A stretch of DNA of 64,000 nt from Hemiscyllium ocellatum (GCF_020745735.1 NC_083410.1:54100117-54164116); one strand, 5' to 3'; positions 1 to 12,408 are shown, counted from the stretch's first letter. The notes: generated by a model not told the origin, from the sequence alone. Made by a program: numbers and translations.

Positions 1-208
1 TGTCAGTGGAAGGGTAGTGGTTGATGCGGCGGGAAAGGAAGAAGCGGAGGGCTTTGAGTCCTTCGTGATGGGGGATGGAGGTGTACAGGGACTGGATGTC
101 CATCGTGAAGATAAGGCGTTGGGGACCGGGGAAGCGAAAATCATGGAGGAAGTGGAGGGCGTGGGTGGTGTCCCGAATGTAGGTGGGGAGTTCTTGGACT
201 AAAGGGGG
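1..208 (-). mobile_element. Penelope-like element (Neptune-type) reverse transcriptase fragment, runs off the left edge
   Basis: Open frame PLVQELPTYIRDTTHALHFLHDFRFPGPQRLIFTMDIQSLYTSIPHHEGLKALRFFL contains the PLE RT motif DxxSLYTxIP. Confidence 0.9.
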
Positions 209-699
209 TAAACACTTGTGTACCTAACAGTCATTCTAACTGCAGCTCGAAGAACCATGCTGTACATGTTACCCAGCCTTAGTGCCATCCAATCTTAGTA
301 ATCCTGTCTAAAGGACTGCCACTTTCAGCATGACATACTGAAAAGCCTTATTTAAAAATATTCTCATTTATTCAGCAACAGCAAAAGATAAGAAAATCAA
401 GCAAAGGTACTTTACTTCTGGGAACAGAGAGAGGTTCCTGGCCTTTCATTAATCAATAAAATTCTAAGCCTTCCTTAGAATTGAGCGTCCAGTTTATTGA
501 GCATCTAACATGCAGAAGCTGGTATTCCTCTTGCTCAATTTCTTCATATTCGTCCTTGGAAGTACCCTGCTGCTCTTCCAACACTTCAGTTTCCATTACA
601 TCCCCTCTTTGCCTGCTCAACTTGTGCAGAGATCTGCATGTAAGACTGATGCGGCTCTGGACTGTACTGTAAAACCCCATCAGACCTATTCTACCATTG

Positions 700-1726
700 T
701 GTGAGAAACGAAGCTCACTCAATTCAATAATTTCAATCGAGACAAGATCTGAAGCAGTAGTATCGTTTATTACGTTCTTGCAAGAGGGGTGTGCTGTCTA
801 TTTACCAGATAGTCACACACACATCGAGTTTAACGTGTACACAATATTTATGTAATTCTTTTCTCTTTCCTCCTCCCATTGCTCCTCCCCTGTTTACATT
901 TCCCACTACTCTAAGCCTGACGCCCACTACTCTTGTTTATCTCTGAACTCACCCGGCCTTGTCCGTGACAAAATGTTTATCTCTGGCCTCACAAGGCCGT
1001 TTGACCACATCCCTCTGTGTCTAGATTAGAATGGTGCTGGAAAAGCACAGCAGTTCAAGCAGCATCCGAGAAGCAGGAAGATCGACTTTTCGGGCAAAAG
1101 CCCTTCATCCCGAATACAGGCAGAGAGCCTGAAAGGTGGAAAGATCAGGCTCTCTGCCTGTATTCCTGATGAAGGGCTTTTGCCTGAAATGTTGATTTTC
1201 CTGCTCCTCGGATACTGCCTGAACTGCTGTGCTTTTCCAGCACCATTCTAATCTAGACTCTGGTTTCCAGCATCTGCAGTCATTGTTTTCACCACATACC
1301 TCTGTGGTCTTATTGTTATATATCCTTCTTCACTGCCATCTGTTTCCCTTCCTATCCAAAGCAACATTTCCTTTTATTCTTTGCCCAAACCGAGCCTTAT
1401 GACTTTTTGATTGTGTTTTGTTCTTGTTTTTGCAGAAGCGGGAAACAGATGCTTATAACTATTGTTTGTACAGGCATATCTAACTTAACCCCCTCCCCTC
1501 ACAGCACTTTCCTATTTGTCTGTAACATCTACCATTGTTTGCAGGCACATTTCATTCTTGTATGCAAATTTTAGCTAATTCAAAAACAATTATATATTTC
1601 CTTCACATAGTTTTCATTCTTGTTAACTTAGCTCTTGGCTGAAACAATTATACACTGGTGTGAGTTCATTTACCTTGCAAAGTAATTATTATTGCAGAAG
1701 TAACACTGCTTTACCTATATCCCACA
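700..1726 (-). mobile_element. Solo LTR (ERV- or Gypsy-type) with 4-bp TSD
   Basis: Termini are TGTGAGA...TCCCACA, with ATTG on both sides (696-699, 1727-1730). Minus-strand AATAAA at 766-771. Duplicated U3-like motifs at about 1550-1650, including octamer ATGCAAAT at 1562-1569. Confidence 0.85.
1020..1290. mobile_element. Fold-back Penelope pLTR unit with hammerhead core
   Basis: 1021-1256 is a near-perfect inverted repeat. TSD ACCACAT(C/A)CCTCTGTG at 1004-1019 and 1291-1306. CTGATGAAGGGCTTTTGCCTGAAA at about 1166-1189. Confidence 0.85.
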
Positions 1727-3373
1727 ATTGAAAGTCCACCTTCAGCAGTCCTCTTATCTGCATCACAGTGGTCTTGCCAAAGAATGAGCTGCACTCCACT
1801 CAGTTTTAGTTAGGGGGATGCACATTGGAGCCACAGTTACAGTGAGTAGTCCTTGTTTCCCAATAGTCATTTTGTACGACACTGACCCTTGAATTACAGA
1901 ATAAACATATGCGTTCTCAAAGATATAGGCATCATGAAAACTCCTATCACAGACTTCTAAGAGGTGGTACCATTGATCACAGATGGCTTGCACATTAATG
2001 AATATGGTAGAGTCAACACAACATGTGCACAGTCTGTAGTAACCTACACAAGGTAGGATCCAACAATGCCAGGAAAACCCACAGCCTGGCTGCAGCACCA
2101 ACCAGTACCAAATGAGATGCAATGCTGAGATCAGGATCAAATTACATTGGTAACAGTCTTGATATATGTTGTACAGTGAGAGATTAATTTGAGGGTTGCA
2201 AGATTCCACCCAGTTCCCCAATGGATTCGAGAAAGCAACCAGTCACATAAATGTTTAGCACAGTTGTCACATGGATGGTTATTACAACTCCTTCTATGAC
2301 AGCTCTATGACAAAGACTCAGGACATCTGTAATCTCCCATGACACTATATTTCAGTTAACTGGAGGAAACTGCATTGAAGATGATACACCTCCTCATCTT
2401 CCTAACCTCCTCTGTGCTCTGAGGGGGCCTTCAACGTGACACCTTCATGTGGGGGGCTGTTGAGCAGCCTCGGGGTGTTGCTGCTAGTCCAGGGCTTGCA
2501 GGCACATTTATTCCTCTTTAATTTCTCTGCATTTTTGCAACATTCCATAAATAGCAATGATAAACCCAGCTGTGACTGGATCCATTGGTCACAATTCCAA
2601 TGAATCTCTGTTAGGAATGCCAGAAGTAGGGAAGCTGTTAAGTAAAGCAAGCAGAAATTGTTAGCATCATACACAAATTATGGTTTAATATAGTCCCCCT
2701 TACAGTGGGACACAGAGTACACCAGCAAGGAGGGTAACAGATTGGCTCTCTATGGACCTTTGACATGGGGATCTTAATCTGATATTTGCAGCCCAAACCA
2801 TGTCTGGTAAATACAGTAGGAAATTGTAAGTCCTTTACAATTACTACTGCCTTATTCCTTACTCCACTATCATGAAAAGACAACATTTCATACAAGAGCA
2901 TGTTGGTAACTATTCATAATTCAAGGTGAGGGGACATCAACACAATGCCCTGTGCAACCTTTGGGATCATGGATTGGCTAGTGAATAGTGTCTGTAGGTG
3001 CTACTTTTAAGGTCATCTGTGATTACTTCTGCTTCTCAGAGAACTCTATAACCAATACCCAGTGATATGGTTAAGACTGTTTGTGACTAGAATATGCATC
3101 CCAAATAGTTGAACATTACAAGTGATTTACATGCACAACTCCAATATATTCACAATATAGTCTGTACTTCAATGCTGCTCTTTGAAGCACATTAGCACCT
3201 TTCAATAGAATGCTGGTGCCAGGCACTTTGCATCTATTTCAGTGTGCACAGCATCTCTGCTTTGCCTTGCCTTTTTGTGCTTTGCCCCCCTCATTCAGAA
3301 TTTAAAGACTCGCAATTCTTCTCTCTTGTTTTGCTTTTTATTGCAGTCACAAAGCCAGGCTGATTGTAATTGT

Positions 3374-3539
3374 CATGGAAAAACAAGGACTGCAGATGCT
3401 GGAAACCAGAGTCTAGATTAAAGTGGTGCTGGAAAAGCTCTATTCCTGATGAAGGGCTTTTGCCCGAAACATCAATTTTCCTGCTCCTCGGATGCTGCCT
3501 GACCTGCTGTGCTTTTCCAGCACTAATCTAATCTAGACT
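3374..3539. mobile_element. Short inverted Penelope pLTR unit with hammerhead core
   Basis: TSD CTGATTGTAATTGT at 3360-3373 and 3540-3553. ATTC-CTGATGA-AGGGC-TTTT-GCCC-GAAAC-ATC at about 3442-3473. Confidence 0.85.
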
Positions 3540-3559
3540 CTGATTGTAATTGTTGTCAG

Positions 3560-4450
3560 CAGTGATCAGTCAATGAGGTGGACATGTTGCTGTATGGCCT
3601 TGTGGGACATCAATGCCACTCCTGCACCATACACCTGCTATGTAAGCACCAAACACACTGCATGTGCATCAATCAAATAACCATCTCTCAAAGTCTAAGT
3701 AGAGTCATCCTCAGTCAAGTCTATGGATGCACTCTTCAGTCAGGAGGTTCTGACGCAGTACATTCAGGACTGCTACTGACAAAGCCTTGGGCATGGCCAG
3801 ATGGCTAGTTGGGGTAGTCAAGGTCATGGGATCTCTGTTGTGTGGGGAGTTGGGCCATTTGGGGAATCATAGGAAGACAGTTGGGGAGCTACATGTATAT
3901 CAGTCAGGGATCTCATCACTTGTTATTTGTGGCAATCTGCCAAAGTCACTCAAAGGAGTGGGCCATGGTCAGTGCTGGAGTCTGTCCACTAAAAGACAAA
4001 GGGGGTAATCAGAGAAGTAAATGGCTGCATCTACACCAGGAGTGGCTGGAGTAAGTGCTTCATTCTGTGAGGGAGGGGTTTCAACTTCTTTCATTGTGAG
4101 GCCCTTCAAACAGCAACAGCATGACACACATACCCCTCAACAGGAAGTGAAACACAGGGCTGACACATACCTGCTTTGTGAATATTAGGCATTAGACTTC
4201 TGTCTACAGTCTAATTCCTTGCCCAAGCTCTCCCAACCACATCATGCCATAGAACAACTAAAGCCCACTAATTCCAGTGATGCAGTAGGCATGTTATACT
4301 TCACGGAAAGATGGAATATAATTGCCAAAGTAGGAAATCACTTGCTATTATCCTGTAGACTGGACATGATACAGGAGCCGCTCACTTTACATTGTGGAGT
4401 ATTGAACATTGTGTAGTACTAATGATGGGTGATCCCTGAATCTTCAGATG
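3560..4450 (+). mobile_element. Highly decayed Harbinger transposase remnant
   Basis: ISQSLSRVILSQV/MDALF resembles the HARBI1 motif ISQ..CI.QVTDALF. Weak AIEQL...LYFTERWNII further 3'. Confidence 0.45.
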
Positions 4451-4852
4451 TTGTTGTTGTGGTTAGACAGAGATGCACATGCACAACTAATAATGACAAG
4501 TGCAGGTGTATTCACAAAAACGTATTAACATTGAGATAGCACAGCATCACCTCTGTGGCATCAGAAGGTCTTCATCTTTCCTGCTCTCCCAATCTGTCTC
4601 AATGCATTCTTGAGTTCTGCAGCTGGGATGGGGACAGCCTGCCCTTCACTGGGGCTTGGTGGCTAGGTCAGGGGACCACTATGGCTTTTGGATTTCAAAA
4701 GGCCCAGGCATATTGAGTGTGACTTGCTCCAAGAAAGGTCTACCTTCCTCAGCCTGAGCACCCATAGGACTGACGCTGGAGGTAGGAGACCCAGCTACTT
4801 CCGGAGTGTCATGGGAGGAGACTTTCGGAAGGCCTGCGTATGGTTCTTCCTC

Positions 4853-4987
4853 GAGAAGAAAGTGGTTCCTACAATGCTGGAGATTAGAGTCAAGATTAGA
4901 GTAGTGCTGGAAAAGCACAGCAGATCAGGCAGCATCCAAGGAGCAGGAAAATCGACATTTCAGACAAAAGCCCTTCATTAGGAATTC
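4853..4987 (-). mobile_element. Solo Penelope pLTR fragment
   Basis: Same family as 1020-1290. TSD TGGTTCTTCCTC at 4841-4852 and 4988-4999. Confidence 0.85.
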
Positions 4988-5537
4988 TGGTTCTTCCTCT
5001 GGCTGGGCGACTACTGGCCCAGTTCTGTCTCCATGTGAGGAAGGGGTACCTGCACTGTGATCAAGATCCCTTACTGTTGGTGCTGAGCATTGATGACTAG
5101 GATGATGGAATGCAAGTTTTACCATTATCTAGTAGACTCAGACTGCTGGACCTGGCACTCCATGACAACTGCCAAGCTAGCCATGAAGATAGTCAGCTGA
5201 TTGCATGCCTGAATCAGCACAGTGCCAAACCTTAGTGTCATGGTGACCAGTGCCCTGGACAAACTTATCCCCTGCTCTTGTGTCTGCTTGTGTATTTCCA
5301 TGAAGTTCCCGATTGCTAACAACACTGGGTTCTCTCCTGTATGGAACTGAGTAGGTGTAGTTCTCCAAGTGCCAACAAACTGAGGGGTTTCTTCCTCAAT
5401 CAGTTGCAGAGATGAGACGGTGAAGTGCTCACACTCAGGAGCCCCTGACCCTAATCTAGATAACACTGAAATGCCAGGGTCTGAGCTGGTGGAGGAAGCA
5501 GGAGGGCCAGCCTTGACAGTGTTCCACTGAGCAATCC

Positions 5538-5992
5538 GTTGACAAGGTTTGGAGGATTTGAGCTATAGCAAGAGGTTGAATAGGCTGGGACTGTTTTCCC
5601 TGAAGCATTGGAGGCTGAGGGGTGACCTCATAGAGGTTTATAAAATCATGAGGTCATGGATAGGATAAATAGACAGTGTTTTCCCTGGGGTGGGGGAGTC
5701 CAGAACTAGAGGGCATAGGTTTAGAGTGAGAGGGGAAAGATATAAAAGAGATCTAAGGGGCAACCCATTTTCAGAGAGTTGTGCGTGCTTGCAATAAGCT
5801 GTCAGAGGAAGTGGTGCAGGCTGGTACAATTGCAACATCTTAAAGGCACCTGGATGGGTGTATGAGTCAGAAGGGTTTGGAGGGATATGGGCCGGATGCT
5901 GGCAGGTGGGACTAGATTGGGTGGGGATATCTGGATGGCATGGATGACTTGGACCAAAGGGTCTGTTTCTCTCTGTTCATCTCTCTGACTCG
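5538..5992 (+). mobile_element. CR1 (HER1-like) LINE 3' fragment
   Basis: RL..LGLFSL..WRLRGDLIEVYKIM and SRTRGH, followed by the typical 3' UTR ending in tctctgactc. Confidence 0.9.
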
Positions 5993-7584
5993 ATGATGGT
6001 CCTCTTCATAATGACCACCATGAGCATTCAACCATTGTCTTCAAGAAACAAAAGAAATAAAGTATCACAGGCCAAGGTTTAGATGTTAGGGAATGTTAAC
6101 AATGAATTTGCATTTGGTGGGGGAATGATCAATGCTTCTTACTTAATTTCCAGATCTCCACATGTCTGGTGCCAGTCTTCACCTGCAAGGGCCAAGACCA
6201 TCAATTCATGGTGGGTGAAGAGATGAATATCCCAGCTCCCATCCTGGCCCTGTTACAGGCAGTTTTCTCCTGTAATGAGAGAAATGGGAGCTACTGAGTA
6301 AGATGTAAGTAGATGGCACAGCTGTTTCGTGCCAGTGCATTTGAGAAAAATCTGCTGAGTTGCCCCAAGTAAGTGAGCAAGTAGGCAATGCAGACGGCCA
6401 GCCGCCTAATGGGTGCATGGGAGGTAACAGCAAGTGAGAGAAGATGTCACATATAGGAATGTGAGTGGTACAGCATCAGTCTTGAAGGAAGGTGAGTGCC
6501 GAAGCAGCAAATGAGTGCAGGTGAGATTGCAGACAGCAATTCAGGGCATTTTCCCTGGCAAAACAGAGAAAGCCAGTTACCTTCCTCTTGCATTGTTAGA
6601 TGTTTCCTTGGACCACAGAGACCACACTGACTTAGAGAGCCACCTCAGACCAGGTTGACAGAGTCTGGTGTCATAGGCTCCTCTGCTAATCATTAAGAAA
6701 GAGGATGCCTCTGCTTGACACCATCTTCAGGACCTCCAGGTCCCATCTCACAAAATAAGGTGCAAATTTCCCTTGTCCACCACGTCTAGGGCAAATATCA
6801 GCAAATAAACAGGATAGCTCGAGACCGCCAACTTGTGACAGGAAGTGCAACAGCCTGTTAAATGTAATGCTGACTATGTTGGATTAGGGAGTAGTCCCTC
6901 ATATTCAACTATATGTGTTTAGGAAAGGAGATTAGCAGGTTGCACACTGTCCAAATTAGCAGGTCAGATACTAGGTGACTTTTATACTGACTGATGTAAC
7001 CATTTGTACACACAACATGAATCATGTACATGCATGGAATGGTCACATTCATAACATTTCTATCAAAGTGATTTGTGCTAGCCACACGGTAAATGAAGTG
7101 AGTAGGTCCTGTGCGATTTTCTTTGAAGTTGAGGGTCCAGTAAAGCAGCTCAATATTATGGAGATCAATATTATGGAGCTAAATTGGTGGTCAATGTAAT
7201 ACGCCACACCATTTATTTATTTTTATAATTCTGCATAAAAAAAGTATACAATTTATTGTTGATCCTAATCATAGCAAACCAAGATGAATGTTGCTAATAA
7301 CTTTGGATATTATCTTGCTTAAACATAAATTGAAGCTCATTTATAGAATGTCCTTAATTTGCACTTCGAAAAACTCTTACATTATTACAGACAATACCAA
7401 TTGTTAAAAATCATAATGTATTAAAAATGTCAATGTATCTCTTTATGTCTAAATGATTACAGTGAAGGTAGTTCATCTGCTATAGTCAATCGACTATACC
7501 TGGAATTTCATATGTAATTTATGAAAAACAAGTTAAACTTCATTTAAAATAATATGTTTTCTTTTGTCTCAATTACCCGTTATA

Positions 7585-7900
7585 GGGCGGTACAGTGGCT
7601 CAGTGATGTCTCGCAACATCATGGACCCGGGTTCGATTCCAGCCTCGGGGGACTGTCTGTGTGGAGTTTGCACACTCTCCCCGTGTCTGTGTGGATTTCC
7701 TTCGGGTGCTCTGGTTTCCTCCCACAATCGAAAGATGTGCAGGTTAGCTGAATTGGCCAGGCTAAATTGCCCATAGTGTTAGGTGCATTAGTCAGGGGCA
7801 AATACAGGTTGGGGAATGGGTCTGGATGGGTTACTCTGTGGAGGGTCAGTATGGACTTGTTGGGCCAAAGGGCCTGTTTCCATACCGTAGGGAATCTATT
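7585..7900 (+). mobile_element. HE1-like tRNA-derived V-SINE
   Basis: A box tggctcagtg, B box ggttcgattcc, core tgtgtggagtttgcac..ctccccgtgtctg, CR1-derived tail. Confidence 0.9.
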
Positions 7901-7930
7901 CTCTGAGACCTATTCTGAGGCTTCGACCTA

Positions 7931-10620
7931 TGTCTTGAAGGTACATGAACTTGTACATTCATTTTATCTCATAGTAGTTTAAAGACCACGTCTTTGAAAA
8001 AAAAAATTGGATTTGATTACAAAATGGTGAAAGGACTGCTTTATCCTAAGGACTGTGGAAGGAGTTGCTGTATTTTAAAAAACAAGTTACTGGAATGCAC
8101 TGTGAGGTGTGTTTACACTGCTACTTTGTTGAAGCAGTGGAGGAAGATGTTGAAGCTGCACAGGGCAATTAATGGGCCCGCAGAACAAGCTTCATCCAGA
8201 GACAATGTGCTAATTGATTTGTACAATCAGGACCAGTTGAGGAGGCCATGAGTTATCAATATGACAACAAGCTTCTGATTGGCTCCTTGGCATGTAAACA
8301 GAATGTGTTCGGACTGAAAAAGAGACAAGGATCTCTCTCTTTGTCTTTTCAGTGAAGTAAACAAAAACTGGAAATATTAGCTACTCTCTCCCACATGTGC
8401 TGTAAGTTGTTGACTAAAAGGCTGAATAATTAATGTGTCAACTGGCCACATCTTTGGCAAAGAACTGACAGATCCTTGAAATAAGGAGATTAGAGCAGAA
8501 GACCTTGGAAGAAGCAAAAAGGGCAACTCATTGAAAATTGTGGGCTGTCCTTATTGTTCTGTGTTTCCTTTTCTTAAAAAAACAACCCATAACATCCAGA
8601 TTTGTTTGTCTCTTTCTGTCTGCATGTATGTACCAGGGTTCAGAAGAGGCTTAGGATTTCAACGAATGGAATTACATGTTGATAATTCACAGTTTTGTTT
8701 GTCTGTGGTAAGAAATGATTTCTATTTAGTAAATAATACTTTCTTATAAAATACAGTGACCTGGGCATTGCTTTCTGTTAATTTGATTCCATCGGACTGA
8801 AAAAAAAGGGACTTTAATAATTTGATTAAACCGTTAACTTCTGTGATGATCCTAGGAAATGTAGGACATGAGTGTTCATGACCCATATGGGTCATGACAA
8901 GAGACTGGGGGCTTGTCTGGGATTATTTTGAAAATTCTGCATCAAAGATTTGGGTGTGATATTTGTAGGTGGCACAGAAGTAAAGAAAATGCCACTTTTT
9001 CTTTCAACTACGAGAAGAAATGGCACAGGCAAGTGCTTGAGACTGTATATAGATGACAAGAGTTGTCCTTGACAAACTTGAAAGAAATACAGAAGTCAGG
9101 TTAACTGAATTGGCAACTGATTTGGGAATAGAAGTAGCAACATAAGCGAGAAGGCAGAGATAGTCAAAGGGGTAACACAGCATTTAGGTTCAGAAATACA
9201 AGACGGACCAGATATTCAAGGTATTGAAACATTGGAATCAATTAAACTTGAGTTACAGTTAAAATCACTTGAACATGTGAAAAGAATGAAAAAGCTAGAT
9301 GGAGTGGGAAGTTAAAAGGCAGGAAATGGAAATAAGAAAATGAGTATTAGAATTACAAAAGGAAAGAGAAAAGTAAAAGAAAAAAAATGAATAAAATATC
9401 GAGAAAAGACCCATTAGGCATTGACGAGTGCTGTACTGGGATGTATCCCACGATTTAAAGACACGAAAGAAATGTTTAAGCGAGGGCGAGGCGAGGGATG
9501 TGGAGTCTTGCTTTATATCCTTTCAAAAAGGAGCATTGCAAATGAAATGGCTAAAAACATAAGAGAATTGCCCTATTAAAGCAAGTTGACAGGTGGAGCA
9601 CAGGTATATGCTTCACTGTCCAAAAAGGTTTCTTGGGGTTATGAAACGGTGAAAACAATGTACACTGACTGCATATCAATTAGGGCCTGAAGCACAAAGA
9701 GAAAGGCTCCAGAATTTAAAGTAACAGCCTGGCCAAGCCTGTATTAAATTCCAGAGAGCTAAGCAAAGTATTTTGACAGATGGATATGAAGTTGAAAACT
9801 ACATATGAAGTCCTTATACAAATTCCCTTGAAAGAGTTTTAAATCTCACTATCTTCTGTTACGAGAAACCATGTTAAAGACCAAAATGTTGCAACTGCTA
9901 GTTGACAATCATAAACTGATCCATAAATTTATCCATCATCTTCATAAATTCAAAAGTGGGAGAATGAAAGGAAGGCAAGTAGTGGTGTAAAGAATGGAAT
10001 GCCCCAAATATCCTCCTTAGATCAGAAAGGAAAGTGCTAAGGATGGAGATAAGAAACAGAAGCTGAAAGATTTCCATTGTAAGAAAGGGCACACATTCAA
10101 TAGGGGTACTGGAAGTTGTGAGAGAAGCCCATGGCATTTATTGGGATTTCTAAGATTGAATGTGAAAAGGAAACTCAAAAGAAAAATGCCACAGATCAAC
10201 TGATAGCTTTAACTACAAATAAAAGATTAAATGTATACACTGCTATAAGAAATAGATGAGAGATAAAAAGGTTTTTGTCGAACTCTACTTTCTCAATACA
10301 GCCAAGTTTATATCTGTATTAAAGGATAAAGGCTACATAAAATTTTTTTGCTGGAGAAGGGCTTCATATTCCTCCAGAAAGTTCAAAGAAATTCCATGCA
10401 ACTCACAGTTTTATCTACAATTGGTGAAAATCTGAATCAGACTGAAGAGGCAGACCAGTTGCAAGAAGAAGTTCCAAGTATTTTTTCATCATTTGTCGTA
10501 ATCAGAGCAAAAGAGTAACAAATTCCATTACCAGAGGTCAAAGTTATACCACAAGCAGATTTTAGGGTTGCTGAAACACCCTTCTCGACAGAAATGTTTT
10601 GTTCCATCTGATTGTACTAT
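7931..10620 (+). mobile_element. Truncated Gmr1-like Gypsy element: 5' LTR (7931-8899), PBS, decayed gag/protease
   Basis: LTR termini TGTCTTGA...TCATGACA. PBS TGGGGGCTTGTCTGGGAT at 8906-8923 (tRNA-Pro-like). gag motif DVESCFISFQKGALQMKW near 9495-9555. Confidence 0.75.
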
Positions 10621-12277
10621 TTAACAAGTCAAATCCCAGAATAAAATATGGCTTGATAGAATTTTTTTGCTGTGCTTTGTGAATTAAAGTGGTGGTTAGA
10701 CTACACATTTTACTTGACAACAGATGTTTATTACATTAAAGAAGAAAGAAAAACAAACACTGTTATCTAGACAGAGAAGACAGCAAGATCTAAAACATAA
10801 CAAAAAAAGATTCAACCTGGATTTTGCAAATTTATTTAAAGGACTCTCTTCTTTAAAATAAAACCCCTCATAGAAGTAACCCACACCACTTGTCTATAAC
10901 TTGAAATATACATTTCAAAACTGATATTATTAATTACGAAATCTGTGATTAATGTGATAAATGATCATACTACAGCTCATTTTTCAAACTGGTCATGTCA
11001 AAATCTGGTGAAAGCACAGATATGTCACTATCTTGAGAATATTTGTTCTTCAGCAACGTCAAAAGTAACTTTATGAATGTCTTGATATTTATTACCAAGC
11101 AACTCTGGCCAAATGGAAGACCTGCCAGAGAAATAAGGTTTCTTTTTGACTATTTTGTTTTCTACAGCCACAGAATTGGTTAAAAATAGATCAGTCTTGA
11201 CCATTCATGAAAAGGTAAAAAATGATCTTAGAAGAACTTCCTTTAAAGAGAGGGATCTTCTTCCAGGTAGAGAAGTGGATAGAGATGAACCTACATGAAG
11301 AACACAGGGCTGGATACAGCACTAGCATTTGAAAAATACAAATAATAACAATATAGGAAAGTTATGAGTTATTGGTTACTCAGGAATGGTAATGTGAACG
11401 TATGCAAGTGTTAAAGTTGAGAAGGAAAAAACTATTTTTTAGTCAACCTGTAATTATCTACCTTATTATTACTTGAGACTCTAGCAATAGGAAAGAAAGA
11501 AATTAAATGATTCCATGATTTATGTTATTCTTAAATGGGAAAGGCATTCTTTGAATTCTGAAGTTTAATACAGAAAGTGATAGTGAGAATAGACATCAAT
11601 TAATTTAATAATTGATCATGTAATTAATTACTTAGTAGTAATTGGAAATGCAGACTAATAAATCCTTGGGTATTGATGGACTTCAAACTGGAATCGTAAA
11701 ATGAGAAGTTAGTGAGAACATGTGATACATTGGCTTTCATTTTCCAAGTTTTAAAGATTCAGGAATGTCCCATTAAATTGGAAAAGAGAAAATGTCACAT
11801 TTATATTTACAAAGGGGAACAGAAAGCAGGAAAATGTGTCCAGTAAGCTGAACAACTCGTAAGTAAGATGTTAGAAGATATCATCAAAGACATTTTAGTA
11901 AAGCATTTAGAAAAGTTCAAGGAAATGAAGTAGAATCAATATGGTTTGATGAGAGGGAAATCATTTTTAACCAATTTATGGAGTTCTTTGAGGAGGGTAC
12001 ATATATTGCAGATAAAAAGGGACCAGAAAATATCTTCCAGACTTCCAGAAGATTTTTGATAAGGGCCTTGTCAATTTTTTATTGCAGAAAATAATAACTC
12101 ACAGTGTGGGGGTAACATATCGACATAGAAAGAAGAATGACTAGCTAACAGGAAATGAAGTAGGCATAAATGGGTAACTTCTTAGTCAAGAAGAGATTAC
12201 AAATGGGTGCCACAGGGATCTCTGCCAACATGTCGATTTCGCAAAATTTATCTAAATGAAGGACCGAAGGTTTGTTG

Positions 12278-12408
12278 TGGAGAAAGTGAGGATTGCAGAT
12301 GCTGGAGATCAGAGTCGAACAGAGTGGAGCTGGAATAGCACAGCTGATCAGGTGGATTCCGAGGAGCAGGAGTGTCGTTGTTTCGAGCATAAGTTCTTCA
12401 TCAGGAAT
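12278..12408 (-). mobile_element. Solo Penelope pLTR fragment
   Basis: TSD GGTTTGTTG at 12269-12277 and 12409-12417. Minus-strand CTGATGA..GAAAC. Confidence 0.8.

Larger units (their letters stand above)
450..2550 (-). mobile_element. Decayed PIF/Harbinger (HARBI1-like) transposase interrupted by a solo LTR
   Basis: Motif remnants occur in the expected order: VYHLQCSFLQLTE, VTTVLNIYVTGCF..GELGGI, INVQAICD, SFHDAYI, GLLKVDFQ, [LTR insertion], RSDGVLQYSPE, LHKLSRQRG and an acidic tail. Confidence 0.8.
4560..6800 (-). mobile_element. Harbinger accessory Myb/SANT-like (NAIF1-like) gene fossil with intron remnants
   Basis: About 6790-6570 gives KFAPYFVRWDLEVL..TLSTWSEVAL*VSVVSVVQGNI*QCKRK. A second exon starts after ctctcattacag| with EKTACNRARMGAG and ends at a gtaag donor near 6140. 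C-terminal segment at 5125-5466. Confidence 0.7.

Noticed and set aside
453-722. Acidic 89-aa minus-strand ORF with an apparent acceptor, considered as a host exon
   Set aside because: It is the C-terminus of the Harbinger transposase (LQYSPE..LHKL..QRG plus acidic tail), cut off by the solo LTR.
7585-7650. tRNA-like A and B boxes here and in the other SINE heads
   Set aside because: These are SINE heads continuing into the V-core and LINE tail, not tRNA genes.
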